From contig CBFFSA010000003.1 of assembly GCA_965644495.1 (NCBI GenBank), positions 248,001 to 312,000 of the forward strand: a DNA stretch of 64,000 bases, read 5' to 3'. Within the stretch, counting starts at the first letter, position 1; each line of letters begins with the position of its first letter. A model generated the notes under the pieces. It saw only the letters and a program-made list of their open reading frames with translations. It was not told the origin of the DNA and did no database searches. Below, one piece after another: positions 10,498 to 21,307 of this stretch. The translations under genes were made by a program, and so were the position numbers. The stretch is from Perkinsela sp. CCAP 1560/9 (taxonomy: Eukaryota > Protista > Euglenozoa: Kinetoplastea).

Positions 10498-11529
10498 TCA
10501 GTTTGCATGTATCTTTTTATTTGGCCGTATCCGGGTCCCTTTGGATACGCGTAACTGGGAGTGCATCTTCTTTCGTATTCTCGAAAAGGTATCCTGCATG
10601 TGACTAGCGAGTGCTTCCGTTCTCCTTACCGTCAGCTGTTCAGTTAACGGCGCTACATCACCTTCTATGGATAGTTTTTCCACGCAATAGTTTACATTTT
10701 CCTCCGACACAGGAAAGGGGTCACCCAGTGTGACATAAATATCACTGCTGGCCACTTTCCAATCGCCCGGTTTCCATGCCATGTGCGTGTTCACCAACAC
10801 CACCGGAACCAGCCACACCACATCCTGCTCCGTTGTCGCGCTCGCCGACTTCTTTATCGCCAAATCAAAAAACCCCAGCTTAAACGGCAGCAACGGCCCC
10901 TCCTCCCCCACCCGACTCCGTCCCCCTTCCGGAAACACCCCAATCGGGACACGCTCCTCCAACAACTCCCCACAATACCGCATCATCCGGGACACACTCC
11001 CCCGTTTCGTCCCCCAGCCCCCTTTCTCCGCCGTAAAGTGGACCGCAATATCCCCCGCCATCCGCATGCACCACCCCGCGAACGGGATCCGGAACAGCGA
11101 GGCCTTCGCGACCCAGCGGCAGTCCACCCCCCCGCTCTCCCACAGCACCCGGGCCGCGACCCAGGGGTCCGCGTTGGAGGCGTGGTTCACCAAGTAGATC
11201 ACCCGGGCCCTCCTCGGCAGCCGGGGGAAGCAGCGGTCCTCGAGGACGTGGATGCGCCACAGCCACCCGGCGCAGAGCGCGATGAGCAGTTTAACGTTAA
11301 AGAAGCGGAAGATGGCGGAGAGGAGGCGGCGGCGGCGGGGGGTGGGGAGCACGGGGTAGGCCAGGCCGTAGACGGGGAGGGAGACGAGCCAGGCGGCGGC
11401 CCAGATGGTGAGGGTTGCGAGGAGGAGGAGGAGGGAGGCGGCGGTGCGGAGGGCGAGGGAGAGGGGGGAGGGGTTGTCCGCGGCGAGGAGGGCGTGGTAG
11501 AAGGGGGGGGCGGGGGAAGGGGGGGGCAT
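10498..11529 (-). CDS. 1-acyl-sn-glycerol-3-phosphate acyltransferase (LPLAT/PlsC family)
   Basis: NHASNAD (NHxxxxD), 'WVAKASLFRIP', 'VFPEGGRS', 'FKLGFF'; N-terminal TM helices. Confidence 0.92.
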   Translation of the reverse strand: MPPPSPAPPFYHALLAADNPSPLSLALRTAASLLLLLATLTIWAAAWLVSLPVYGLAYPVLPTPRRRRLLSAIFRFFNVKLLIALCAGWLWRIHVLEDRCFPRLPRRARVIYLVNHASNADPWVAARVLWESGGVDCRWVAKASLFRIPFAGWCMRMAGDIAVHFTAEKGGWGTKRGSVSRMMRYCGELLEERVPIGVFPEGGRSRVGEEGPLLPFKLGFFDLAIKKSASATTEQDVVWLVPVVLVNTHMAWKPGDWKVASSDIYVTLGDPFPVSEENVNYCVEKLSIEGDVAPLTEQLTVRRTEALASHMQDTFSRIRKKMHSQLRVSKGTRIRPNKKIHAN

Positions 11530-11811
11530 GGGAGGGAAGGGGAGGGAAAAGGAAAGGGGAGGGTGGTAAAGGGGGTAAAAAAGGAGGGGGGTGGGGAGGG
11601 GGGTGAGGGTTTAATTTTATAGGGGAGATGGTTTTGAGGAGATGAAAGTGTGGGGGGTAGGGATGAAAAGAATAACAAAAAGTGCACAAATGTTTTGAAA
11701 TGAAAAGGAAAAGGAAATGAAAAAAGAACAAGGGCAGGCTTTCCATGTTATAGATGGTCACAGAAACGATGCTCGTGAACGAAAAAAGATATGTGGACTT
11801 CTGGTTTAGTT

Positions 11812-13869
11812 TCACGACTGAAGCAAGAACGTTTTCTGCATTGATTTGTCGATCTTTTTCTGCGCACGGCGAGCAGATGCTTTACTCTGGCCTCTTCGAT
11901 GACCTTCGCGCGGGTGATCAACAAATTCTTCCGGTTTTGATATCAAAATTTCGTCCGAGGCGTCAACTTCGAGACATTCCTCATCAGGACAATTGCTTTC
12001 TACACTAGTTCTCGACGCTTCGCAAGCAAAAGGATTCTTGCCTTGACCCGAGCATTCCCGTAAGTGCTTTTCATTGACAACATTTTCTTCGCGTTCTAAA
12101 GGTATATCAAGAGAAGTAACAGATGACCACTCATCCGAAGAGTCGCATCCTACCTCCGCATCAACAGATCGGTGTCTTAAAGACTTCTCAGAGGTCGTGC
12201 CCGGAGGTAAGTGCACATATAAAATGCGACCGTTCAGATAGTCTCTAAGAATTAAAAGTGCGGCTCGCGACCTGTTCGGGGTACTCGTTTTTCCCACGTA
12301 ACCACGACATACTGCTAGAGCATCCATAAGGCGTTCGCCTAGAGATAGATTCGGCTCATTCCATTCACTGGTCAAATCCACACCGTACCGACGCTCAAGT
12401 ACATCTTGTGGTACTCGTCCACAGACAACCTCCACAGTAGCTGCGTAGTCTCTCATAGTAGCTACGGGAAGAATTCCGTCACAAGTCATCTCTTCTTCTG
12501 TCTTCCCTACCACGGGAAACACGAGACCAGGACAATCGACAAGCACAAGACGTCTCTCATACTCCAAGTACAATGTTTGTAAGTGTTTCGTTTTGCCAGG
12601 AGTATGACTGACTGTGACGCGCTTTTTCCCTTGTAAGAAATTTAGCACACTACTTTTACCCACATTCGGATAGCCCACAAGACCTACGTGCAGTGCGTTA
12701 GTAAAATTGGATGAACTGCCATCTTTGTTACACGACGTTGACTCAAAGACAGTCTGACCGTCACCATCGTTAGAGCACGACTCCACCTTCCACAATTCAT
12801 AAAATACAAGAAGAGTGTCAACCAAATCTTTCGGAGTGAAGATCCGTGAGGAATTAAATACTGCATGCGCAAGCTGTTCACTGCATGAAATGGCAGGATT
12901 CTCCTCCAAAAACGATTTAGCTCTCGTCGTTCTGTTGTGCTCTGTTACTGTCAAGTTACGGGCTCTGTCAGCTTCATCCACATTGCCCCCTGCAAGCGAT
13001 TGCAAAGAGTGTCGAATAAGGGATAAATCACCTCCGGAAGCCGCCATAGAGTTCACCCAGGGGGGCAGAGTACCGATACTACTCGATTTGTGGTGGCGTC
13101 TTCTAGAACACCGCTTTTCTCCAGTAGAAATGGATGACGTACCGGCCGAGTTCTTATCTGCACTCAACTCTGAAACCTTGTGATTGACTACCAATTCGGG
13201 TTCTACATTTGAAACGCCGTCCTCAATAGCACTGAAAAAAAGAAAAGGAATACCCTCCCGCGTGAAGTATTTCGCCCATTGCTCCCGCTGTTCAGAGGTC
13301 AGCAAATCTGCTTTATTGAGCACCAATACACAGAGCCGGTTACTCTCGACAACATATTTTTCCAAATCCAGACAGCGGAAGCCAAGCGGATTTCGTGCGT
13401 CCACTATTTGCAGTATCAGACTACTGCGCTCCGCAACACGCCAGAGTTGACGCCATACCTCCAAATTCTTTTCATATGGACTCACTACCAAAGGGCGTAG
13501 TTTTTGTTCCATTGAATTCACCTCTCTGCGCCATGTAAGAAAGTAATCTCTTTCTCTCACCTCCAATTCTGCTTTTGTTTCATCGTACCTCCAGGATGGG
13601 CGACGAGGAATAGGTAAATATACGCTATGGGAGTCCGGTACTGTATCATGGTGAGATTCTGTGTGTTCAATCTTAGAGACGTTAACTAATTGAGGATGTC
13701 TGAGTGCAGCAAAGTCCTTTTCATTTTCGGCTGCAGTTTGAAAGAAGTCTTCCAACTGGGTAGCTTGCCAAGCGCTTTTCAATTCTGGAACAGATGTGAC
13801 AGGTAGCTCTGCTTTGCAAAGCGTTTGGGCTCGTGAACGAAAAGGGTGCGGGGTCTTGCTTTTCTTCAT
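11812..13869 (-). CDS. LSG1: Large subunit GTPase 1 (circularly permuted GTPase)
   Basis: 'PYEKNLEVWRQLWRVAERS', 'VDARNPL', NKAD, GYPNVGKSS, 'TPGKTKHLQT', 'DCPGLVFP'. Confidence 0.95.
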   Translation of the reverse strand: MKKSKTPHPFRSRAQTLCKAELPVTSVPELKSAWQATQLEDFFQTAAENEKDFAALRHPQLVNVSKIEHTESHHDTVPDSHSVYLPIPRRPSWRYDETKAELEVRERDYFLTWRREVNSMEQKLRPLVVSPYEKNLEVWRQLWRVAERSSLILQIVDARNPLGFRCLDLEKYVVESNRLCVLVLNKADLLTSEQREQWAKYFTREGIPFLFFSAIEDGVSNVEPELVVNHKVSELSADKNSAGTSSISTGEKRCSRRRHHKSSSIGTLPPWVNSMAASGGDLSLIRHSLQSLAGGNVDEADRARNLTVTEHNRTTRAKSFLEENPAISCSEQLAHAVFNSSRIFTPKDLVDTLLVFYELWKVESCSNDGDGQTVFESTSCNKDGSSSNFTNALHVGLVGYPNVGKSSVLNFLQGKKRVTVSHTPGKTKHLQTLYLEYERRLVLVDCPGLVFPVVGKTEEEMTCDGILPVATMRDYAATVEVVCGRVPQDVLERRYGVDLTSEWNEPNLSLGERLMDALAVCRGYVGKTSTPNRSRAALLILRDYLNGRILYVHLPPGTTSEKSLRHRSVDAEVGCDSSDEWSSVTSLDIPLEREENVVNEKHLRECSGQGKNPFACEASRTSVESNCPDEECLEVDASDEILISKPEEFVDHPREGHRRGQSKASARRAQKKIDKSMQKTFLLQS

Positions 13870-14140
13870 CAGAGAAAAACAATAATGGTTGAGAGTCTAT
13901 GATTCTTAATGCGTCGAGGTGGGTTAAATCTCTATGTTAAATCATCATTAAACGAAATACGTTATCTTATACATGAAACAAGTACATAGTAGACACAAAT
14001 ACAGTGTAGTTGTACCCTCTTACACCCTCCGTTTCGTTGAGTCTAAAGTTGTGAAGAGAAATGGGAAACTGGAAAAGTTCCGCCGCATACGTGTCATAAA
14101 CATCTAAAGGCATCAAGGAAGATCTGTCAAAACATGAAAT

Positions 14141-15211
14141 CTAAAGAGATTGTATCCACTTGTAGAATTCTGAATTCAATTCCGTATTTCCAGTGCAAGG
14201 CGAGTCTGCACTTTTGTTATCCTGGGAACTCGTCAGACCCCAATCAACTTTAGTATTTTCTAGAAAACTAGTACATGACACTAACGCCGTATCCTCCATT
14301 GCCTCGAAGCGTTTCCTTTTCAGACCACACTTTGCTAATATTCTTGCCAACGCATTTTGCCTCCTCTCCTTAATGTGTGAAATATTAGCAATACTCGGCG
14401 TGGAGGCCACACGCGACATCTCGCGCATAATCCTTTCTTTCGCGAACGATGCTCGGGGGCACATGACATCATCCGCTTTATTAAAGGCAATAAAAAGGGA
14501 AACTGGGGCGTTTTTCTGTGCTTGTTGCATCCATCGCGTGACGTCTGATAAGTACGACGCAATTTCAGTCATCCCCTCCGATTCCGCAAGACTCACACCA
14601 TCCAGAACGAACACAACAGCACGAGCACAGGTGCCCTCGTTGCCTCCCGTGATCTCACGCTCCGCGAGATGTCGCATGCGTGGGTGGCCAGGCACATCGA
14701 CAAGTTTGAAATCCTTTATTGAGGATTTGGATAACGGAACAGCTAGGCTCCTTTTTTCCAAAGTGCCTTCATTAGGCTTGTAAGAGGTGTGCGTGGGAAG
14801 GATTTCCAGACCGGCAAGATTTTGGAACAGAGCCGTTTTTCCCGATCCACACGGACCGACAAGGACAAGTTTCGGCTGCCGGACTTGGTAGAGAAAACGA
14901 AGCCAGAGGTAAGGAAATACAAGGAGTAACGATAGGATAAGAATCAATAGGCACCACGTAGAAGTCATTCCATATCGCTGAGAATAGAATTCCAAGGAAT
15001 GGTATTGCATGTCTCCAGATGGATTCCTGACCGTTTCAAATATTTCAGATTTTCCCTTCTGCTCTAGAGTTTGACCAATTGTCACGTTTGGTTCTGCGGC
15101 CAAAACAATGGCTCTCACGATGACGCTGCTGGAAACGTGAGAGTTCGAGTGAATACTTGCCCAGAATACAACAATCAGCGCCGCAATCTGCGTCGTCATT
15201 ATTTGAAACAT
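14141..15211 (-). CDS. SRPRB: Signal recognition particle receptor beta subunit
   Basis: TM helix followed by GPCGSGKT, 'THTS', 'LVDVPGHPRMR', 'FNKAD'. Confidence 0.85.
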   Translation of the reverse strand: MFQIMTTQIAALIVVFWASIHSNSHVSSSVIVRAIVLAAEPNVTIGQTLEQKGKSEIFETVRNPSGDMQYHSLEFYSQRYGMTSTWCLLILILSLLLVFPYLWLRFLYQVRQPKLVLVGPCGSGKTALFQNLAGLEILPTHTSYKPNEGTLEKRSLAVPLSKSSIKDFKLVDVPGHPRMRHLAEREITGGNEGTCARAVVFVLDGVSLAESEGMTEIASYLSDVTRWMQQAQKNAPVSLFIAFNKADDVMCPRASFAKERIMREMSRVASTPSIANISHIKERRQNALARILAKCGLKRKRFEAMEDTALVSCTSFLENTKVDWGLTSSQDNKSADSPCTGNTELNSEFYKWIQSL

Positions 15212-15398
15212 TCTTACAGGGAGAAATCTTATTTTCTGGTCTCTAAATGTAGTACACGTAGTCTTTAGAATAGAGAAAATGAATTTTTTGAGACTAAAAA
15301 ATAACGAAATGTCAATTATTCTACCGAAGTGAATGTAACATCAACTCCAAGACTTTGTTTTATGACCCGGAAATGTTTCCCAAGGTCTGACGGTGCAC

Positions 15399-17594
15399 CT
15401 AGGCATCCATTGGAATATGTTTCGGAGCTTTGTACCCTTGACCAAGCTTCTGCAAACCCTTCTCCTCTCGTGAAAAGTGGAAGTTAGACTTCACATATTT
15501 TGCATGCCTTGGATGCAAGGGTAGAGCTGGGTCAATTCCCCACAGAGGGTCATCGAAAAGATCGTCTTTGGTGGCATCGAACGTCGCGCTTTTATCATTC
15601 GAAGGTGTAGTGGTGTGGGACATATCTGAAGCTACAGCAGTTTCTTCTGGCACAGTATCCACTGTAAGCCTATTAATACCTTCCCACGTGGCATCCAGGC
15701 TTCGAGCCATTGGTTGCAATTGCTGCGGTGCGGTGCGACATTCCTTAGTATAAAGACTGCGGAGAATACCATAGGCTTCTGAAATGCAATTACATCTACT
15801 AATAGGAACCCTCTTTAAGAGAGCCATGTCCAGCACGCACATTATTTTATTATGTAAAGCGTTAGCTAACTCAAACTCAGCATCAGCTCTTTTAAGAGAG
15901 TCAGAATTGCTTAACTTTTTCCCTCGTGAACGCAACTTTGAGAAATTTTGTTCGTTCGTGTTCAGAGTCGACGAAGCTATGTGGTTTGAATAATGGTGCT
16001 CCAATGACTTCAGTAATGAACAACGTCTAAACGGCTCTATAAGTGAATACAAAAGAAAAAAATAGATTCGCATGTTCACCTCGAAATTTGAACCGGCAAA
16101 AAATTTTAGAATACTCAAAATTCGCGAAAAGTCACCTAGCTGAGAAAGTATGGCCACATGCTCAGTGAGGATCCATTCCTCATAGTTTGAACGAGGATAT
16201 ACTTTGCGAACGTGGCGGATGCTGCTGTCCACGAATTCACGTATTAAAGTGAAGGGTAATGCTTTTTGTAAGCCACCATCGAGTGATTGCAGTTCACTCT
16301 CAATTAGTCCCCTAAAAATCGCTCGCAGCATATGAAATACAGCTTCCGGCAAAATTTGTATCGAACGAACTTTGTAGTCTGGACCCAGAACGAGATTGTA
16401 TATCTCCATTGCCAACTGCATGTCGGAATTCACGGCGCATCCCATCATCATGTAAGTAACTGTTCGGTAATCCGGAAGGAGTCCTCGATTCGTTTGCTGG
16501 TCAGTTGATAAAAGATCATTCATGAGCGAACGTGCCAGTTCCATGTATCCCGGAGTTTTGCAAAGAGTGTACATTACACTGTGCGCCATTTCAATTGTGG
16601 GAATAAGATTGAGAGTTCGGAGCTCAGCAAACACGCCTAGTGCACGTTCACAGTGGCCAGGACATTCACTTGCCAAAGTCAAATAAGAAGCATAAGCTGG
16701 AGCGTCTCTTTTCTCATCAAAGAATTCGAAAAGGTCCCACACCTCGTTCCCAAGCTCCCACTTTCTTTGCTCTGCCGCAATGCGAATCATACGACATAAA
16801 GTGACGGATGGTACTCTTACACCTAGTTTTAACAGCTTTTCAAACTCGAGCCACGCTGTTTCGTGTTCTTCACATGTCTCGCATAATTCTAAAATAGCGT
16901 CATACAACTCACTATTCTCCGTTATATCGTAGTCAGCTATGCGATTACGAAACCATTCATAGCCTTCCTTCCACCTTCCAATGCTAGCACAACAGCGTAT
17001 TAAAGCAGCGTGGGTATGGGCACCAATTTCAACTGGTGGGACCATCGTAGCTAACACTCGTTCGAACATTTCCTCCACGTGAGGATAGTACTGATCGCTG
17101 CCTTGGCGGATGAGTATAGAACGGGCGTAACGAAAGATAGCAGCTAAATCACGATCCGTTAGAGGAATACGACACATCAAGTAATCATTCAACAGACGAT
17201 GAGGCATAGGAAGCAGACGTCCATGCCGTATAAGTTTCTCAACGTCAACTGCATGTAAAAACCGACGATGGTGCGAATAGCGAGCCTCTCTCAAATTAGC
17301 ACATTTAATCCAGCGATTAAAATATGGAGTAATATGCGGCGAATCGGGATCTACCCACACGCGTGGTACATAATGAAATCCGAAGTCCTCTCCGTATCCC
17401 CCGAGATCACTATGACGGTGTGGACTACGGTGCAAAAAATTATATGCTTCTTGGTCTTCGTCGCTTACTGCAGGTTTCCCATCTGCCGAATCATCGCGCC
17501 ATGGCCGTAAAGTCTTTGGACAAATATAATTCCTGTCAACGACCAATTTTGTAAATCGATTCAAGTAGGCGGTGCTACGACGAAATGCAGGCAT
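15399..17594 (-). CDS. Pentatricopeptide repeat (PPR) protein, probably mitochondrial
   Basis: About 35-aa helical repeats (HAALIRCC, YDAILELC, YASYLTLA, PDYRTVTYMMMGC). First ATG at 17594. Confidence 0.8.
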   Translation of the reverse strand: MPAFRRSTAYLNRFTKLVVDRNYICPKTLRPWRDDSADGKPAVSDEDQEAYNFLHRSPHRHSDLGGYGEDFGFHYVPRVWVDPDSPHITPYFNRWIKCANLREARYSHHRRFLHAVDVEKLIRHGRLLPMPHRLLNDYLMCRIPLTDRDLAAIFRYARSILIRQGSDQYYPHVEEMFERVLATMVPPVEIGAHTHAALIRCCASIGRWKEGYEWFRNRIADYDITENSELYDAILELCETCEEHETAWLEFEKLLKLGVRVPSVTLCRMIRIAAEQRKWELGNEVWDLFEFFDEKRDAPAYASYLTLASECPGHCERALGVFAELRTLNLIPTIEMAHSVMYTLCKTPGYMELARSLMNDLLSTDQQTNRGLLPDYRTVTYMMMGCAVNSDMQLAMEIYNLVLGPDYKVRSIQILPEAVFHMLRAIFRGLIESELQSLDGGLQKALPFTLIREFVDSSIRHVRKVYPRSNYEEWILTEHVAILSQLGDFSRILSILKFFAGSNFEVNMRIYFFLLYSLIEPFRRCSLLKSLEHHYSNHIASSTLNTNEQNFSKLRSRGKKLSNSDSLKRADAEFELANALHNKIMCVLDMALLKRVPISRCNCISEAYGILRSLYTKECRTAPQQLQPMARSLDATWEGINRLTVDTVPEETAVASDMSHTTTPSNDKSATFDATKDDLFDDPLWGIDPALPLHPRHAKYVKSNFHFSREEKGLQKLGQGYKAPKHIPMDA

Positions 17595-17907
17595 TGGTTC
17601 TACCACCCACCGTTCTATGATAGCTGTGAAGAGCTTGAAATAGTTAAAAATGATATTGAGATTTTTAGAGGAAGATTATTTAGACTATTTAGATTTATTT
17701 TTTGTACACTTCTTAAAGTGAGTAGGAAAACAAATTTTATTACTCTAAGCATCGTCTCGAATTCCCCTTGGTGCTGAAAGCATTGAAGGCTAAATACAAG
17801 GAGTATCCTATGGTGATGCTAAACGTAGCATCAAAAATGGTACTGCAAAACTTTATATCTCTCATACCATATTTGGTAAACAATTTACAGATAATCTTTT
17901 TGGTCCA

Positions 17908-19326
17908 TTACTTATCAATTAAGTTGTACCAAATACATCCTTGAATTTCATGAGGGATTGGTACTTCAGGTCCTCGAAAGGTCTTGCATGCGTCGTCATA
18001 GCACCGCTGACTCATAGTTCGACGTATGAGATGAATGGATACATACGTGCCATTGCTTTTATGCTCTCTGCCGACATTGATACAGTACCTAGAGTTTTTC
18101 AAAGCGTAATACACTGTGAATGCTTGTATATTCCATATACAGGATCGAAAATCGTCAACACATGTAAGAATGTACCTATCCAACTCTGGATGAAAGCAAT
18201 TCGAATGAAGATGCTTGGGATGATCTCCCTTTTGCAGGGCACTAACTACATTGTCAATGACGCTTTCAGCCAGGCCTGCTGGTAGAAGCGAAACATTAGC
18301 AGAAGAAATTCCCAAACTATGAAGGAGGTCCTCGCTTAACGGTTTGATTATTTTTGAAAAAGAAGCCTTTGGCCGCAGAGGAGCATACACTCGGTGTTCA
18401 GCAGGATGTTTTTTCGAGTCTGTGTCAGAGAAGTGCTTAGTGAAATGCGCAGGGAGTAAAATTGTATCGGATTGATCAGTGATCAAACCACGGTGAAATA
18501 CCTCATAAGCATCCCAAAGCCCGGTAGGAGCGCATTCCTCTGCAAGTGATGTCGAATTTGATTGAACAACGTTCGCATAAATCGGCACTAAAGTACTATT
18601 TTTATCCTTTTTACAGCACCATGGGCTACGAAATGTCCTGTTCCTACTGTAAACTGACGTGTCTATCAGATCAACGCCCAGTGCTGCACGCATGTATGGA
18701 CATATAAAACTCTTAATCCAGAGTCCTAACTCCATATTATTAGGAAAAACGCAGTGAAATCCGTTCGTCAAGGAAGTCGGCAATCGTACTATAACATGCA
18801 GTGAAAATTTTTCTTTCACAATTGGAAGACTCTGAAGCACGAATAGGTCTTGTGATGATACAATACTACGGCGGGCATCGTGTCCCCACATGGGAAAAAT
18901 ACCACTACAGTTTATAGCATCCCGCAGTGCAGACACTATATTGTTGAGTGGAGGCGCGGAGCGTTCGTGACATTCTAAGTCAAAATAAGGGTGACAAGGT
19001 GTTCCTTCTTCTATCAATTCATAATAGTGACGATGAAGGGGTTCCTCAGCTTTAATTCTTTCCCAAATCGCACGCACCGTGCCCACTATAAAGTAACGAT
19101 CTCCCTTCGTTTTGGTTGCTCCAGAATTATCTAACCTCCATGAGAAAGTACGCAGATCTGCATTGTCTGATATTGGCTGGCTCGAACCTCTGGAGGGCCT
19201 CTCAACACCGAATACAAACAGAGTATTTGAAGATTGTGTATCATTTAGCCCTCTCTTCCGCGACATATGGTGTCGCCATTCCAGTGCTTCTGATTGTCGA
19301 AAGAACACTTCGACTCCATCAGTCAT
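17908..19326 (-). CDS. PrimPol-like primase-polymerase (AEP domain plus UL52-type Zn finger)
   Basis: 'YELI..G.PCHPYFDLE' (DxE), SLH, 'IDTSVYSRNRTFR', 'RYCINVGREHKSN...QRCYDDAC'. Confidence 0.92.
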   Translation of the reverse strand: MTDGVEVFFRQSEALEWRHHMSRKRGLNDTQSSNTLFVFGVERPSRGSSQPISDNADLRTFSWRLDNSGATKTKGDRYFIVGTVRAIWERIKAEEPLHRHYYELIEEGTPCHPYFDLECHERSAPPLNNIVSALRDAINCSGIFPMWGHDARRSIVSSQDLFVLQSLPIVKEKFSLHVIVRLPTSLTNGFHCVFPNNMELGLWIKSFICPYMRAALGVDLIDTSVYSRNRTFRSPWCCKKDKNSTLVPIYANVVQSNSTSLAEECAPTGLWDAYEVFHRGLITDQSDTILLPAHFTKHFSDTDSKKHPAEHRVYAPLRPKASFSKIIKPLSEDLLHSLGISSANVSLLPAGLAESVIDNVVSALQKGDHPKHLHSNCFHPELDRYILTCVDDFRSCIWNIQAFTVYYALKNSRYCINVGREHKSNGTYVSIHLIRRTMSQRCYDDACKTFRGPEVPIPHEIQGCIWYNLIDK

Positions 19327-19597
19327 ATAAGTACAGGACCATATTAAGTTACACTGACCGAAAAATCCGACATAATCTAAAACACATCTAAACTCCAAAA
19401 AAGGTATTGAATTCTTTTATACAGAGAACGTTTGTAGCTTCTCCTTCGGGAACAATGATCTTCTTGAAAGAACAGTTCACTAATGACTACCAGCAAAAGT
19501 TACCAGTAGTGATTAATAATATCACAGGTAAAAATCATAGAAGTGAAAAAAACGCCATAAATAACAAAGAAAACAAAAGAATAATGCCCTATAAAGT

Positions 19598-20937
19598 TAA
19601 CCCCCGCGTCACCAATAAGTGACCCCCCCTTATTTTTAGCACAGGGGGTCGTGGGGGGTTATCATACCACGTTGTCGTTCAAAATTTTGAGATCTGTACG
19701 TTCCCGCTGTTTTTAGCTCATTTTAAAACTTTAAAATTCAGTAAAATTTTTTTTTTTTTAACTTTTTTTTCAAAAATGCCAAAATCAACATATAGACTCC
19801 CAAGAGGGGGGCTGACTTCTAGTGGAAAGGTTCTTTTAAAGATGAGGCACGGACAAGGAGTACCAATAAAAGAGCTAGCCCGTGATTTCAACGTTTCTAG
19901 AAGGATAGTTAAAAAATATTTGAACGAAAAATAAACTACCCCAGTATACACTTTGAGTCCTGAGCGAAAAAAAATAATGAAAACTCGTAAAACGAAAATT
20001 GAGAAGATAATAACCCCTCTTGACCCCGCTGGAGTACCGAGACTCAATTCATCAAGGCGCATAGCAGCCCAATTGAAGAAAAAGAATATACAAGTTTCAA
20101 AAAGAACTGTACAGAGAGACTTATCATCCCTGGATTACAGTTATGCCGCTCGACCGCTATGCCAAGGGCTTACCGAACGACAAAAAGTAAAAAGAGTTCA
20201 ATTTGCGTTGAATTACAATATGGATACTTCCCGTGTCATCTTTACAGACGAAAAAACATTTGATACGAATGATGGCAGAAGAAAAATGTGGGTAAGGCGC
20301 GGTCAAAAAGCAGCCCCGCGTCAAAAAGTACGTCGGGCACCAAGATGCCAAGTTTGGGGTGCTGTAGGGGTGGGGTGGAGGTACTTGGTAATTCTACAAA
20401 ATGACACATCTATTACAAGTGAGACGTACATAGAAACATTAAAAGAGGTAGATTTCCCCCCTAATCGTATTTTTCAGCAAGATGGGGCAACGGCACACAC
20501 TGCTCGTGCCTCAAAGGAGTACATTGAAAGCGCAATGAGTGAACTTCTGAAAAATTGGCCCCCCAACTCACCAGATCTTTCCCCAATAGAAAACGTCTGG
20601 TCTATGCTCCAAGGGGCGGTGGACGAACAGACCCCATCGGATAAGCCTTCACTCATCCGATGTGTACGCAAAGCGTGGTCTCGCTTGTCTCAAAATGTGA
20701 TCGACAAAACGGTCTTAAGCTTTGACTCACGCCTTAAGGAGTGTATAAGATTGAAAGGCGAAAAAGTGAAAAAATGGTAATTCCTCAATAAAATATACGT
20801 ATTCGCTTCTTTTAGTTTCATTCCTTCTCGCGCAAAGTCTTTGTGTTGAGATCTGCAAAATGCAACAAAAATCAGCTTAAACGGACACTTGTACGAAAAA
20901 AAAGTGGAGGTTCACTTTTCATGACGCGGGGTTTTTA
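19598..20937 (+). mobile_element. Nearly full-length Tc1-family DNA transposon (DD35E), about 1.34 kb
   Basis: Imperfect TIRs: aacccccgcgtcaccaataagtgacccc (from ~19599) versus ggttcacttttcatgacgcggggtt (to ~20933). TA at the left flank; encloses the transposase. Confidence 0.9.
19776..20780 (+). pseudogene. Tc1/IS630 transposase with one in-frame TAA at 19932-19934
   Basis: ATG 19776 gives an HTH (IKELARDFNVSRRIVKKYL), then TAA, then the same frame continues with IFTDEKTF, FQQDGATAH, WPPNSPDLSPIENVW; 35 residues between D2 and E. Confidence 0.88.
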
Positions 20938-21307
20938 TAATCTACGTGGGCCACCTCGAAGAAGATGTCGACATCACACCTTCTCTGCCTGAAAAACCAA
21001 GGGGGGGTAGGCCATCGACCCTGGGTCACGATACCATACCCCCCCCCGTATGGTACGAGGTCACAGGCATGCTAAACCGGACCCCCGTTTAACATAAGAA
21101 GGTCGGTATTCACCGTACGAGTGGTGCATTTATGTTTTATGAATACACGAATGATGGTTCTGAGCTCTTGCATTTTTTTTATTCGTGAAGTCATGCTGCA
21201 GAGAGTGCTACCTAGAAAAATTTCACGTTATTTAGGAATTTGTCTGTATTTACGAGTAAGATAGAGCGACATAACTTGTTTTGACCGTTTTTGGCCACTG
21301 CAGGGCA

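Noticed and set aside
6269-11815. Many long overlapping Pro/Gly/Arg-rich alternative-frame and antisense ORFs (also at 41.4-42.2 and 62-63.6 kb)
   Set aside because: Expected by-products of stop-poor GC-rich islands overlapping real genes.
13868-13950. ATGATGA...CTGA on the minus strand upstream of LSG1
   Set aside because: Overlaps the start codon and pyrimidine tract; no convincing guide or terminal stem.
20940-21095. Coding-like remnant with hairpin taccatac-C-run-gtatggta
   Set aside because: Too short to assign; likely TE debris.
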